Shown here in pieces: positions 1 through 10,002 of a stretch of 64,000 nucleotides of DNA. A program made the translations under genes and the position numbers. The stretch comes from Candidatus Parcubacteria bacterium (GTDB lineage: Bacteria; Patescibacteriota; Saccharimonadia; UBA4664; JBIOIQ01), in the NCBI GenBank assembly GCA_963718875.1, contig OY970378.1:477373-541372 (forward strand). Direction: 5' to 3'. The notes beneath the pieces were generated by a model that saw only the letters and a program-made list of their open reading frames with translations, searched no databases and was not told where the DNA came from. The stretch's first letter is position 1. Each line of letters opens with the position of its first letter.

Positions 1-810
1 GAATTAGGGCTTACTGGGTTATCGCTTCAGCTTAATAGTATTGGTGATGAAGCCTGTCGACCTCAGTATAAAAAAATCTTGGTGAGCTATTTGGAGGCGA
101 GTAAGTCGAAATTATGCGAAGTAGATCAAGCCCGGCTAAGTAAAAATCCCTTACGCGTGCTTGATTGTAAAGAACCTGGGTGCCAAGAAATTATTGCTCA
201 AGCCCCCCAAACGCTGAATCATCTATGCAAAGATTGCCAAGACCATTTTGCCAGCGTGCTGGAGTACCTTGATGCCCAAGAAGTTAGTTATGAGCTGAAT
301 CCCACTCTGGTAAGAGGTTTGGATTATTATACTCGAACGGTTTTCGAGTTTTTTGGTATGCGCGAAGGCGCGCAAAGCAGCGTTGGAGGTGGCGGCCGGT
401 ACGATGGGCTGGTTGAGTTGTTGGGAGGTCAGTCGACTCCGGCTGTTGGGTTTGGACTTGGAATTGAGCGGATTATGTTGGAGCTCAGCGCAGAGAATAG
501 CTTGTTGCCCGCTATCAATCCCGTACAGGTTTTTGTGGCTAGTCTGGGTGAACCGGCTCGTTTGGTAGCTTTTAAATTGGTAGAATCGTTGCTTGACTCT
601 GGGGTTGGAGCGGCGGGAGCGGTAGACAAAAATGGTATTGCTTCTCAGCTGGGCCGAGCGGATCGTTGGGGAGTGCCCTATGCTGTTATTATTGGACAAA
701 AAGAGGTACAGGACCGGGCAGTTATTTTGCGAGACATGGCTTCGGGAGCTCAAGAGATAGTTTTCTTAAATAAAATTGTGGGTGAGCTACAAAAACGCTT
801 TAAAACTTAA
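1..810 (+). CDS. hisS: histidyl-tRNA synthetase, C-terminal portion (5' end lies outside the window)
   Basis: Frame 1 is open from base 1. Class II motif [12 protein letters not shown] and motif 3 GGGRYDGL are present, followed by an anticodon-binding-like C-terminus. Confidence 0.85.
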   Translation, partial: ELGLTGLSLQLNSIGDEACRPQYKKILVSYLEASKSKLCEVDQARLSKNPLRVLDCKEPGCQEIIAQAPQTLNHLCKDCQDHFASVLEYLDAQEVSYELNPTLVRGLDYYTRTVFEFFGMREGAQSSVGGGGRYDGLVELLGGQSTPAVGFGLGIERIMLELSAENSLLPAINPVQVFVASLGEPARLVAFKLVESLLDSGVGAAGAVDKNGIASQLGRADRWGVPYAVIIGQKEVQDRAVILRDMASGAQEIVFLNKIVGELQKRFKT

Positions 811-820
811 GGGAGATGAT

Positions 821-1579
821 ATGATTTGGTTTATTTTGACCATAGTATTTCTGGTAGTGGTTTTCGGTATTCGCATCGTTCAGCAGTACGAGCGGGGGGT
901 GGTGTTTAGGTTGGGTCGTGTGCAATCTGGAGTTAAAGGGCCAGGGCTAACAGTAATTATTCCTTTGATTGATGTCATGCGTAAGGTTAGCCTGCGGATT
1001 GTAACCTTGCCTATTCAGTCCCAAAAAATTATTACCAGAGATAGCGTATCGATAGACGTGGCGGCTGTGGCATACTACCAGATTAACGATCCAACTAAGT
1101 CGATTGTAGAGATTGAAAACGTGGTATCGGCTATTTATCAGGTAGCGCAAACCACCGTTCGTAATATTGTAGGACAGTCGACGCTTGATCACGTGTTGTC
1201 CAATACGGAGGACATAAACGAATCGATTAAAAAGATTCTAGATATAACTACCGAGCGGTGGGGAGCGGTTATTAATACCGTTGAACTTAAAGACATCCAG
1301 CTGCCAGATAGCATGCAGAGAGCAATGGCCAAAGAAGCAGAGGCTGAAAGGGAGAAGCGGGCCAAAATTATTGCAGCAGATGGTGAAAAACTTAGTGCCA
1401 AGGCTTTGGGAGAAGCAGCCGATATTATCTCGGCCCATCCGGTGGCAATGCAACTAAGAAACTTACAGGTCTTAAGCGAGATTGCAGTTGAGAAGAATTC
1501 AACAATCATCTTTCCTGCCCAGCTTATGGACTCGATTAACGATGTGCGGAACTTTGTTGCTGGCGAAAAGCCTAAATAG
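821..1579 (+). CDS. SPFH/band-7 (stomatin/HflC-like) membrane protein
   Basis: An N-terminal TM helix is followed by [14 protein letters not shown], typical of stomatin/QmcA-like proteins. A GGGAG Shine-Dalgarno precedes the ATG at 821. Confidence 0.75.
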   Translation: MIWFILTIVFLVVVFGIRIVQQYERGVVFRLGRVQSGVKGPGLTVIIPLIDVMRKVSLRIVTLPIQSQKIITRDSVSIDVAAVAYYQINDPTKSIVEIENVVSAIYQVAQTTVRNIVGQSTLDHVLSNTEDINESIKKILDITTERWGAVINTVELKDIQLPDSMQRAMAKEAEAEREKRAKIIAADGEKLSAKALGEAADIISAHPVAMQLRNLQVLSEIAVEKNSTIIFPAQLMDSINDVRNFVAGEKPK

Positions 1580-1704
1580 GGAACAACAGATTTTGAAAGT
1601 TTTTTCGTGAATCCCTAAACCTCCAAGCATGTAAAACCTTCTTGTCATCTTCGATCGGAAGTTTTTGCCCTGGTGGGACGCTCCGGATCGGTCGATGTTT
1701 TGCT

Positions 1705-1731
1705 TTGACGCTAAGGTTCATTTAGCGTCAA
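1705..1731. promoter_or_regulatory. 10-bp perfect inverted repeat TTGACGCTAA-N7-TTAGCGTCAA (operator-like), upstream of a small membrane ORF
   Basis: Perfect palindrome seen directly in the sequence; TATGAT lies just downstream. Confidence 0.4.
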
Positions 1732-1790
1732 ATGATATGATTGTTTTGCTCATGCTTGCCTAGTTTTGGGGTGGTTGATACGATTGGTGC

Positions 1791-2048
1791 ATGAGTTTTT
1801 ATGACTTTTTTGTAAACTTATATAACCAGTTTTTGGCTTTGTTCCCGGAGCCATTGCAGTGGCTTATAACCTTGATTGTGGTGATAAGCCTGGTAATTGC
1901 ATTCATTAGCCTGATTCGTTCCAACTGGCTGTTTTTAATTGTTTTGATTTTGTTGCTGCCAGTGGTCTTTCCAGTGTTGCAGCGTTTCTTTGCTGATGTT
2001 TATAACTTTTTTCTGTATTTGCTCAGTTTGCTGCATTTTACGGGCTAG
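1791..2048 (+). CDS. hypothetical small integral membrane protein (85 aa)
   Basis: ORF encoding two hydrophobic helices; no recognisable motif. Confidence 0.45.
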   Translation: MSFYDFFVNLYNQFLALFPEPLQWLITLIVVISLVIAFISLIRSNWLFLIVLILLLPVVFPVLQRFFADVYNFFLYLLSLLHFTG

Positions 2049-2087
2049 CATGATTGGCGTATCTAACGAGTCTTACTCTAGGCTATC

Positions 2088-2130
2088 TTGATAATTACGA
2101 TTGACATAATTATCAAAATGCTCTTATAAT
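2088..2130 (+). promoter_or_regulatory. near-consensus sigma70 promoter (TTGACA-N18-TATAAT) overlapped by a perfect 10-bp palindrome TTGATAATTA-N9-TAATTATCAA
   Basis: TTGACA at 2101-2106 and TATAAT at 2125-2130. Palindrome arms at 2088-2097 and 2107-2116. Confidence 0.6.
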
Positions 2131-2136
2131 CAGCCT

Positions 2137-2842
2137 AACCAGGTGAGGTGATCTGGTAGTCCGCAACTCGGCGGATGATTTGACTGTGGGGGTAGCTACG
2201 TGCAGTGCAGATCCAGTAAGGCTGTGATTTTAAGGCGAGCGTCCGTCAGGATCATACGACTTAGAGAGGAGCTTGATGCTATCCGGCGTGCGATTCGGGA
2301 TGTTCACCCTGGTCTCAAGATGGAAGATCTGGAGGGAATGAGTGGCAGTGAGCTACTTGAGCTTTGCGCTCTGGGCTTGATGGGTGAGCCCAGTTCACTC
2401 CGAACGGTTTATCCGGGTTGCGACCAGGAGGACTTTTCGATCACAGCTACTCGGCTCGCATGACCGCTCGCAGGGGTGGCCTTGTGCTGGTGCGAGTTGA
2501 AGGAGCGAAGGGCATTGGTTTCACGTTCCGAACCCTTGTTCCTGGCATCTGCCCGACCGACCGCATCAAGCCGGTGAGTGCACCGAGCGGGAAGCAGAAG
2601 TGGCGGCCGTGAAAGGTCAAGTCACGCTCCAGCAGGTGCGAGATCTCAGGGAAGGGCTGGTGGCGGCACTTGAGGCTGCCTTTCCAGGTTCGATGTTCTG
2701 CCACCTTTCCCTCAAAGAGCTCGCTCTTCTGGAATACGGGGACATTGACTGGCATCAGTACGTTTCCAGTCCATAAAGCATCAACGGATGCAGTCCCGCC
2801 ACCCCTGGGCTACCAAGCTCGGGGGTGGCGGGTTTCGCTTTT
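2137..2842 (+). other. GC-rich (~60%) transcription unit with four serially overlapping small ORFs (21, 41, 50 and 55 aa); either a small-ORF operon or a frameshifted foreign pseudogene
   Basis: AGAGGAG precedes an ATG at 2276 (21 aa, frame 2). ATGA overlap at 2338 starts a 41-aa ORF (frame 1). ATGA overlap at 2460 starts a 50-aa ORF (frame 3). GTGA overlap at 2609 starts a 55-aa ORF (frame 2). An intrinsic terminator closes the unit at 2795-2842. Confidence 0.4.
2795..2842 (+). terminator. rho-independent terminator (11-bp GC stem cccgccacccc/ggggtggcggg followed by a T-run)
   Basis: Perfect inverted repeat followed by TTTCGCTTTT. Confidence 0.7.
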
Positions 2843-2861
2843 AATGAGTTATTATTGGGTT

Positions 2862-3212
2862 ATGAATGATTGTTTATTTTGTTCGATTGCCAATGGCGAT
2901 GTTGAAAAGTTGGTGTGGAGTAATGATGTGGCAGCGGCTTTTAATGATATTAACCCCAAGGCACCTGTACACATCCTGGTGGTGCCCAAGCAACATATTG
3001 AAAATCTCGATGAACTAGACGATCCGGGGCTCGCCGGTAAGCTTTTGATGGCAGTAAGGGAAGTGGCCGTGCAGGCGGGGGTAAAAGGGGCGTATCGCGT
3101 GCATTTGAATAACGGAGAAGCGGCTGGACAGGTTATTCCGCATCTGCATTGGCATATATTGGCGAGAAGTTCTGTAAATGAGTTGGATAAATTACGGGAT
3201 CAAGGGTTGTAA
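2862..3212 (+). CDS. HIT (histidine triad) family protein
   Basis: HLHWHIL histidine-triad motif. The N-terminus MNDCLFCSIANGD is typical of Hint proteins. Confidence 0.85.
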   Translation: MNDCLFCSIANGDVEKLVWSNDVAAAFNDINPKAPVHILVVPKQHIENLDELDDPGLAGKLLMAVREVAVQAGVKGAYRVHLNNGEAAGQVIPHLHWHILARSSVNELDKLRDQGL

Positions 3213-3232
3213 GCTCAAAACGATCGTTTTTA

Positions 3233-3261
3233 TTGACCTTATGTGGATTCTAGCTTAGTAT
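3233..3261 (+). promoter_or_regulatory. sigma70-like promoter TTGACC-N17-TAGTAT
   Basis: Hexamers with 17-nt spacing, immediately upstream of a GC-rich non-coding block. Confidence 0.5.
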
Positions 3262-3267
3262 ATTTCT

Positions 3268-3606
3268 TGCTTTACAACTCAACCGAACCAGGGGGTCTTC
3301 GCTGTGTCAGGCAGAATCGACCGGCCAAGAAGCGGCAAGCATGCGGCGCACGATTCTACGAGGCATTACCGCAACTGGAGAGCTCTTCCCGATCAGGGTT
3401 CGGAAGCATCGACAGCTTCTGAGCTACAGAGTGGAGGTTCTTCGTCAACACCGGCGGTCCGTATTGACCGGAGGCGGTCTCTGAGCGCACTTCTGTCACC
3501 GCAACAGCTTCGTCGGCTTTCGTCGTAACCAACAACAGCCTGGGTTCTCGAGCTTTTGCCACCTGGCCTGCACGAAGTTGTGTGGGTCAGGTGGCTGTTC
3601 TTTTTT
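3268..3606 (+). ncRNA. candidate structured ncRNA (~340 nt; class undetermined, RNase P RNA/tmRNA/SRP-like not confirmed)
   Basis: A promoter lies at 3233-3261. The block is ~57% GC in an AT-rich intergenic region. Its only ORF is a low-complexity R/S-rich 74-codon frame. The 3' end carries an 8-bp stem (gccacctg/caggtggc) plus TTCTTTTTT. Confidence 0.35.
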
Positions 3607-3723
3607 AGGTTGATTGAACGCATGTTTTGTTGTAAAATGCTTTAGTCGTAAGAGCATTGTCTCTTGGAAGCCATATAATAACTAATATGGCTTTATATCA
3701 CACTTTTGAAGGAGGTGATTGTA

Positions 3724-3936
3724 TTGTTGCAAGTAGTCCGCAAGGATGAAAAAGAGTCTCTAGAAAATCTAATTCGCCGCTTTAATAAAAAAGTTCAGCA
3801 ATCGGGAATTCTAGGTATAGCTCGTCGTAAAAAATATTTTGAGAAGCCTTTAAGTAAGCGTGAACAGCGCGAAATTGCCATTCGCAAATCTGCCCGTAAG
3901 GAGCTTAAAGCTAAACAATATTTGGGTGTAAAATAA
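3724..3936 (+). CDS. rpsU: 30S ribosomal protein S21
   Basis: IRRFNKK...YFEKP signature. GAAGGAGG Shine-Dalgarno at 3709-3715 with a TTG start (exact start codon uncertain). Confidence 0.85.
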   Translation: MLQVVRKDEKESLENLIRRFNKKVQQSGILGIARRKKYFEKPLSKREQREIAIRKSARKELKAKQYLGVK

Positions 3937-4379
3937 TGTCATTATTTTCGCAAATTGAATCCGATCTCGTAACGGCTATGAAGGAGCATAATGAAGCTCG
4001 CACGGCCGTTTTGCGCTTGCTAAAAAATGCGCTCAAGAACGAAGAAATTAAGTTGCGCCGTGAACTTACGCCCGAGGAGTCATTAAAAATACTCCAGCGC
4101 GAATCAAAGCAGCGCCGTGATTCAATTACGGCTTATGAACAAGGAGGTAGGGTGGATTTGGCTGATGAAGAAAAGGCCGAACTTGTAGTAATATCGTCGT
4201 ATTTGCCCACCCTAATGAGTGAAGAAGAATTGAATACAATTATTGCTCAAGTAGTAAACGAAACCGGTGCACAGAGCATGAATCAAATGGGTGAGGTGAT
4301 TGGTAAGGTTATGGCTATAACGGCCGGCAAAGCCGAGGGTGGAACTGTATCACGCCTGGTAAAGCAAAAACTTGGCTAG
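3936..4379 (+). CDS. GatB/YqeY domain protein
   Basis: YqeY-like sequence; the conserved position downstream of rpsU supports the call. Confidence 0.75.
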   Translation: MSLFSQIESDLVTAMKEHNEARTAVLRLLKNALKNEEIKLRRELTPEESLKILQRESKQRRDSITAYEQGGRVDLADEEKAELVVISSYLPTLMSEEELNTIIAQVVNETGAQSMNQMGEVIGKVMAITAGKAEGGTVSRLVKQKLG

Positions 4380-4857
4380 TTTAGAGCTTATTGTCGTGGG
4401 CGAAATTCCTGCTGCACTTGAATTAACGCCTACCTATGTAGTTATAAAACTGCTTAATGAAATAGCAGCCGAACGGCATCTAAGCGGGGTAATTAATCTC
4501 AAGCTAGTTGACGACAAGACTATACAAGCATTAAATGATACATATAGCGGTAATGATTACGCTACTGATGTATTAACTTTTAGCTATATTGAAAGTATGG
4601 AAAGTAAAAACCAAGTGCTAAATCATGAACCAGATGAACTGGGGGATATGCTAATAAGCATCGAGACGGCTCAGCGACAGGCGGATGTGGCCGGTACAAC
4701 TTTAGCCGATGAGCTGGCTACCCTGGTTTTACATGGAGTGTTGCATATATTTGGGTATGACCATGCTGAACCTAGAGATAGAGAGGCTATGGATTTACTC
4801 CAATCAGAGTTGCTCCAGCAAGCTAACGTAACTTATAGGAATTTTAATTGGGCCTAA
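4372..4857 (+). CDS. ybeY: endoribonuclease YbeY (rRNA maturation factor)
   Basis: HGVLHIFGYDH metal-binding motif. Confidence 0.85.
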   Translation: MASLELIVVGEIPAALELTPTYVVIKLLNEIAAERHLSGVINLKLVDDKTIQALNDTYSGNDYATDVLTFSYIESMESKNQVLNHEPDELGDMLISIETAQRQADVAGTTLADELATLVLHGVLHIFGYDHAEPRDREAMDLLQSELLQQANVTYRNFNWA

Positions 4858-5234
4858 GTCGTTTAGTTAAAGGCTTTAAGTATGCTTTTATAGGCTTGGG
4901 GAATATTTTGCGCACCGAGCAGAATGCTCGGGTTCATTTGGCGATTGCCGTAATTGTGCTGGCGTTAGGTTTTGCGTTTGGAATAAGTCCGGCCGAGCTA
5001 GCAGCTATATTCTTTGCTATTATTATTGTTTTTGTAGCGGAAGTTCTTAATACGGCCATTGAAAAAACACTTGATTTAATTGAGCCTGAGCACAACGGTA
5101 AGGTGGCAATTATCAAGGACATGGCAGCTGGTGCTGTTCTTGTGGCAGCTGGTGGAGCGATTATTATTGGTGCAGTTATCTTTTGGCCATATATACTGCC
5201 ATTTACGTTTGGAGCATCATGGCTGCCCCTGTAA
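4848..5234 (+). CDS. dgkA: diacylglycerol/undecaprenol kinase
   Basis: Three TM helices and a DgkA-like NTAIE motif. Confidence 0.75.
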   Translation: MGLSRLVKGFKYAFIGLGNILRTEQNARVHLAIAVIVLALGFAFGISPAELAAIFFAIIIVFVAEVLNTAIEKTLDLIEPEHNGKVAIIKDMAAGAVLVAAGGAIIIGAVIFWPYILPFTFGASWLPL

Positions 5235-5758
5235 TTATTGTTTTAGGTCCTCCTGGAGCTGGCAAGGGTACGCAATGTATACTTCTGGCTGATAGACTCG
5301 GTGCTGTGCATTTATCTAGCGGCGAAATACTACGCAAAAGTAAGGATCCATTGGTGCTGGACCGCCTTGCGTCAGGCAAGTTGATGCTTGTAAACCTATT
5401 TCGCCGAGCAGTTGAAGAAGCCTTGAATCAAATCCCTGATTCACAGCCAATCATATTGGATGGAGTTGGGCGTATGAGAAGTGAGGTTAAGTGGCTGTTG
5501 CGGCAATTACAACAACGAAAGCGGTCAATTAAAGCTGTAATAAACTTAGTCGTTGGGCAGAATGAGGCTTTGAAGCGTAATGCGGTACGGGGGCGTTTAG
5601 ATGACAATGCCGAGGTCCAAGGTGAGAGATGGAGAGAATATAATCGTCATATGCTGCAAACTATGGAGGTCTATCGACAACAAGGGTTATTGAGGGATGT
5701 GGACGGCATGGGTAGTGTCGAAGAGGTGGCCGAAAGAGTTCGGAGGGAGTTGGGTTGA
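5219..5758 (+). CDS. adk: adenylate kinase family protein (short, no obvious lid domain)
   Basis: P-loop GPPGAGKGTQ; start taken at the ATG preceding this motif. Confidence 0.7.
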   Translation: MAAPVIIVLGPPGAGKGTQCILLADRLGAVHLSSGEILRKSKDPLVLDRLASGKLMLVNLFRRAVEEALNQIPDSQPIILDGVGRMRSEVKWLLRQLQQRKRSIKAVINLVVGQNEALKRNAVRGRLDDNAEVQGERWREYNRHMLQTMEVYRQQGLLRDVDGMGSVEEVAERVRRELG

Positions 5759-6519
5759 AACCTAAAACGGCACAGGAAATCGTCAATATTCGTGAGAGCG
5801 GAAGCATATTAGCAACAATATTAAAGTTCCTAAAGAGTCAGGCTGTTGTGGGTATTACAACAGGTGAGCTGGCTGATATAGCATCAAGTGAACTTGAAAA
5901 GTACGGTGCGAGTTCGCCGTTTTTGCATTATGGCGCAGGTAGAGGTATACCACCATTTCCTAGTGTTATCTGCATATCTTTGAATGATGAAGTGGTTCAT
6001 GGCATACCTGGGGAACGGGAAATAAACTCAGGCGACATTGTCAGTTTAGATTTTGGCGTCAATTACAGCGGTATGATTACCGATAGCGCGGTTAGTTTTG
6101 GCGTGGGGAAGGTTCCGGCTGATGTGAAGCGCTTGTTGAGGGCTACATCTGACTCTTTGATGGAAGGGATTATGCAGGTTCGGGCTGGTGCAAGAGTTGG
6201 AGATATTTCGGCTGCGGTGGAAACTAGATTGCGTCAGGACAAGCTGGGTGTGGTAGAAGATTTGGCTGGTCATGGTGTGGGCCATTCATTACACGAGGAG
6301 CCTTGGATCCCCAATTTTGGGAAGGCTGGTAAAGGGATGAAGCTTAAAGCTGGCATGACCATTGCCATAGAGCCAATGGCTACTTTGGGTCGAAAGGATG
6401 TTTTGTGGGGGATGGATGGATGGACCATTACTACCTTGGATGGTTCGTTGGCGGCGCATTTTGAGCATTCAATTTTAGTAACGGACGAGGGTTATGAGGT
6501 CCTAACCGAGTGGAAGTAA
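5755..6519 (+). CDS. map: methionine aminopeptidase type I
   Basis: Metal-binding residues in D...D...HGxGH...E...E context (HGVGHSLHEEP, AIEPM). Confidence 0.9.
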   Translation: MKPKTAQEIVNIRESGSILATILKFLKSQAVVGITTGELADIASSELEKYGASSPFLHYGAGRGIPPFPSVICISLNDEVVHGIPGEREINSGDIVSLDFGVNYSGMITDSAVSFGVGKVPADVKRLLRATSDSLMEGIMQVRAGARVGDISAAVETRLRQDKLGVVEDLAGHGVGHSLHEEPWIPNFGKAGKGMKLKAGMTIAIEPMATLGRKDVLWGMDGWTITTLDGSLAAHFEHSILVTDEGYEVLTEWK

Positions 6520-6623
6520 GTCAAAAGGTTTGATTAAAAGAAGTGCTATACTAGAAAAGCTTTAAAGGCTGTGCTTTTAGGGCATAAGCGTTATGATATA
6601 ATAAACTTAAGAAAAAAATTATT

Positions 6624-7859
6624 ATGGCAGCTAAACCGCAGGAACAAACCTACATAGGCCTTGATATAGGCAGCACAAAAGTGTGTTGTATTGTTGGTTT
6701 ACACGAAGAAGGCTCACCAACGCCTAGTGTTATTGGTGTGGGTATTGCACCTACTAACGGTATGCGGCGTGGCGTGGTTGTAGATATTGAAGAAACGGTC
6801 AGCTCTATAACAGCGGCGGTTGATGAAGCCGAGCGTATTTCGGGTATTGCGATTGATCGGGCTACTATAAGTATTGATGGTGCAAATGTTACCAGTATGA
6901 ACTCCAAAGGAGTAATAGCTGTAGGGAGGGCTGATCAAGAGATTACAGTAGAGGATTTACACCGGGCCGAAGAAGCGGCTACGGCGGTGCATTTGCCTCC
7001 TAATCGAGAAATTTTACAAGTATTTCCGCGGAGTTATACCGTAGACGGCCAAGTAAACATTAAGGACCCAGTTGGTATGAATGGGGTGCGACTTGAGGTT
7101 GAAACTCATATTATTACTGGAGCTACACCGGCGATAAAAAATCTTAACAGAAGTATTTACCAAGCGGGGATAGACATTGAAGGTCAGGTGTTAGTGCCAC
7201 TCGCCGCTGCACGGGCCGTGTTATCGAAACGCCAAAAAGAGCTTGGCGTGGCTTTGGTTGACATTGGAGGCGGTACCACGGGAGTAGCGGTTTATGAAGA
7301 GGGCGACGTGCTGTACAGTAGTGTTTTGCCGGTTGGTTCGTCTCATATTACTAATGATTTGGCTATAGGGCTAAGGACAAACGTTGATATTGCGGAAAAA
7401 ATTAAGCTTCGATATGCCAAGGCTGATCATCACAAATCAGGTGGTACTGAAAAAATTAGGATCGAAGAGCTTGAAGGGGATGAAGTGTTAGTTAGTCGGA
7501 GGGAGCTTAATAAAATTGTTGGTGCCCGGCTTGACGAGATATTTCAAATGGTGAGGGCGGAATTGCGCCAGGCTTCAAAGGATGTAATGTTACCGGCCGG
7601 AATCGTGCTCACGGGTGGAGGGGCCAAGCTAGAGGGGATAGAGGAATACGCACGAGAATCGCTTAAGCTGCCTGTGATTATAGGCAAGCCTGAAGGGCTG
7701 TCTGGAATGATTGATAAGATTAGTGATCCGGCTTTTGCTGCGCCTGTAGGTTTAATGCTCGAGAATATTGGCTATACTGGGTCTACCGACCGGACTAATG
7801 CCAAACTTGGCGCAACGGTCGATAAGATTAAACAGACTTTGCGCAATCTACTGCCATAA
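6624..7859 (+). CDS. ftsA: cell division protein FtsA
   Basis: Actin-fold N-terminus YIGLDIGSTKV; adjacent to ftsZ. Confidence 0.9.
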   Translation: MAAKPQEQTYIGLDIGSTKVCCIVGLHEEGSPTPSVIGVGIAPTNGMRRGVVVDIEETVSSITAAVDEAERISGIAIDRATISIDGANVTSMNSKGVIAVGRADQEITVEDLHRAEEAATAVHLPPNREILQVFPRSYTVDGQVNIKDPVGMNGVRLEVETHIITGATPAIKNLNRSIYQAGIDIEGQVLVPLAAARAVLSKRQKELGVALVDIGGGTTGVAVYEEGDVLYSSVLPVGSSHITNDLAIGLRTNVDIAEKIKLRYAKADHHKSGGTEKIRIEELEGDEVLVSRRELNKIVGARLDEIFQMVRAELRQASKDVMLPAGIVLTGGGAKLEGIEEYARESLKLPVIIGKPEGLSGMIDKISDPAFAAPVGLMLENIGYTGSTDRTNAKLGATVDKIKQTLRNLLP

Positions 7860-7930
7860 TATTTTTACATCTGATAATAAAATTAGTTTCAAAAAACAAA
7901 CATTGGCTTTTTTCTTTTCCCAATGCTAAA

Positions 7931-7962
7931 AAACATATTTTTTGAATAAAAAATATGTTCAG
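7931..7962. promoter_or_regulatory. AT-rich 12-bp perfect inverted repeat (AACATATTTTTT-N4-AAAAAATATGTT) in the ftsA-ftsZ intergenic region
   Basis: Seen directly. A TTGCAT-N17-TATACT promoter follows at 7994-8022. Confidence 0.4.
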
Positions 7963-8099
7963 AAAATTTATAAAATAAAACTGAATAAACTATTTGCATT
8001 ATTGTAACGCTAGTCATATACTGGTGATTGTACTTTTGACGCTTGTATTAAGCGATGTCCAGTCAAACTAAGTACTTGTGGTAAGGAGCCCTCACGTTT

Positions 8100-9416
8100 A
8101 TGGCGGAAATACTTCCAGAAGTCGAGACTTTTGCTCGAATCAAGGTGATCGGTGTTGGTGGCGGTGGTGGAGCCGCTGTCGAACGAATGATAAAGAGCAA
8201 GGTACAAGGCATAGAGTTCGTGGCCGTGAATACAGACGCGCAAGCTTTGCATTATTCACACGCACAAAGAAAGCTTAATATTGGGAAGCAAACAACCCGC
8301 GGGTTGGGAGCCGGAGCAGATCCAGAAGTTGGTCGAAAAGCAGCCGAAGAGAGCGAGAATGAAATTGCCGAGCTGCTCAAAGGTGCCGATATGGTTTTTA
8401 TTACAATTGGTGCTGGCGGTGGTACCGGTACCGGGGCGGCTCCTATAATTGCAGCAACAGCTCGTGAAACTGGGGCTTTAGTTGTTGGTATAGCTACTAA
8501 GCCATTTACCTTTGAAGGTGAGCGTCGTAGGCGTATTGCAGATGCTGGTATTATTGAGCTTAAAGACAATGTTGATACGCTAATAACAATTCCTAATGAT
8601 CGATTGTTGCAGATGATTGACCGAAAAACGTCGCTTTTGGACGCATTTAGTGTGGTTGATGAAGTTTTGCAACAAGGTGTACAAGGTATATCAGATCTTA
8701 TAACCATTAATGGGTTAATAAACTTAGACTTTGCTGATGTCAAAGCTATTATGCATAATGCGGGTTCGGCATTAATGGGAATCGGCCGTGCCTCTGGAGA
8801 CAATCGAGCGATTGAGGCTGCTCGTCAAGCTATCGATTCTCCTTTACTAGAAGTATCTATTGATGGCGCCAAAGGTGTCTTACTTAATATTACGGGTGGT
8901 CGTAATATGACCATGCATGAGATTGATGAGGCAGCTAAAACAATTACTGGCGCCGTTGATCCTGATGCCAATATTATTTTTGGAGCTGTTCTTGACGAGT
9001 CGTTGGATGATGATATAAAAATTACGGTAGTGGCAACCGGTTTTGAAAATAAGCCCCGTGAAAGGCTTGATCACCATCGAGTTCCTGAGCAAGAACCCGA
9101 ACCCGAGGTCTACACGAGTCCCGTGCTGGCGGAAAACCGTAAGCCCTTTATTGACGAACGCCCCCGCTTTAGTGAGCCGGATGAGGTTGTGGACGAGCCA
9201 GTCATTAGCCCAAGAACAGTTAGCCCACTTGGTAGCATTGAACCAGAGCCCGAAAATTACGATGAGCCGGATAGCTTTTTAAATGATACTCCTCGTCGAA
9301 TGCTGGAAGGGCCTATGATTGAAAAGGCTGAAGAACCCGCTGCTACGGCTAACCGTGATATACCTAGTGATGATGATTTAGATATACCTGCCTTTATTCG
9401 CCGCAAGGTTGAGTGA
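8100..9416 (+). CDS. ftsZ: cell division GTPase FtsZ
   Basis: Tubulin signature [10 protein letters not shown] and an acidic C-terminal tail. Confidence 0.95.
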   Translation: MAEILPEVETFARIKVIGVGGGGGAAVERMIKSKVQGIEFVAVNTDAQALHYSHAQRKLNIGKQTTRGLGAGADPEVGRKAAEESENEIAELLKGADMVFITIGAGGGTGTGAAPIIAATARETGALVVGIATKPFTFEGERRRRIADAGIIELKDNVDTLITIPNDRLLQMIDRKTSLLDAFSVVDEVLQQGVQGISDLITINGLINLDFADVKAIMHNAGSALMGIGRASGDNRAIEAARQAIDSPLLEVSIDGAKGVLLNITGGRNMTMHEIDEAAKTITGAVDPDANIIFGAVLDESLDDDIKITVVATGFENKPRERLDHHRVPEQEPEPEVYTSPVLAENRKPFIDERPRFSEPDEVVDEPVISPRTVSPLGSIEPEPENYDEPDSFLNDTPRRMLEGPMIEKAEEPAATANRDIPSDDDLDIPAFIRRKVE

Positions 9417-9420
9417 TAGA

Positions 9421-9540
9421 CGCTTTCTAAGTGCGCTCTACAGGATCACTCCTGCGGCTATGCACTCCGCGTACCTAGTGTACGTCTCGCTTGCGTTGCT
9501 CGTCGTTCTTTGCAGTGCATCACTTAGAAATCCTCTATGA
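9421..9540. repeat. palindromic repeat family, copy A
   Basis: Shares the core ...cactccgcgtacc...gtacgtctcgcttgcgttgctcgtcgttctttgcag... with the copies at 10196, 51181 and 55491. Confidence 0.55.
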
Positions 9541-9574
9541 AGATTGCTTGCTCTTTTGTTCGCCAAGGGTGTTC

Positions 9575-9850
9575 ATCTTTTTCCAATGTCGTCCCGACAC
9601 CTTGCCTTGATTAAGATAGGTACCACCAAACTGTCAGTACTTTTTATTTTTAGCTCTTTAGTCCAGCCTAAGACCGTTTGAGATGATTTATGTCTTTTTT
9701 GGTGTTATCTCAAGTTTATGGCATTCAAAGTCTAAGTTCTGTAGCGAGGGTAACTTATAATCCTTTTGGCTGCCTAAGGTAGTACTTTGACTACTGACAG
9801 TTTGGTGGTGCCTAGTTAAAACACCACCAGTGGATGTGTCTGGTTGATAC
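9575..9850. mobile_element. MITE-like element, copy 1 (internal 22-bp terminal inverted repeats GGTACCACCAAACTGTCAGTAC)
   Basis: Its reverse complement matches 26831-27085 almost base for base. It has internal TIRs and no ORF. Confidence 0.7.
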
Positions 9851-10002
9851 TTTTATAAATGGTATTCGTGATGAATCCCGGCGTTAATTTAAAGAGAGCT
9901 CAAGGCCATTAAAAAGCCACCGTGAGCTCTTTGAAGATCCATTTCGCTACTTAAAAGTATGGCCGTTTTTCGTTTAAGTGGACAGAACCGAAGCCTTTGT
10001 GC

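Noticed and set aside
223-753. 176-aa minus-strand ORF and other antisense ORFs inside hisS
   Set aside because: Entirely antisense to the well-supported hisS frame; low-complexity translation; shadow ORF.
3268-3606. tmRNA assignment for the 340-nt RNA candidate
   Set aside because: No 5' GGGG acceptor paired to a 3' T-arm/ACCA end could be found by eye, and no plausible tag-peptide reading frame ending in hydrophobic residues; left as unclassified ncRNA.
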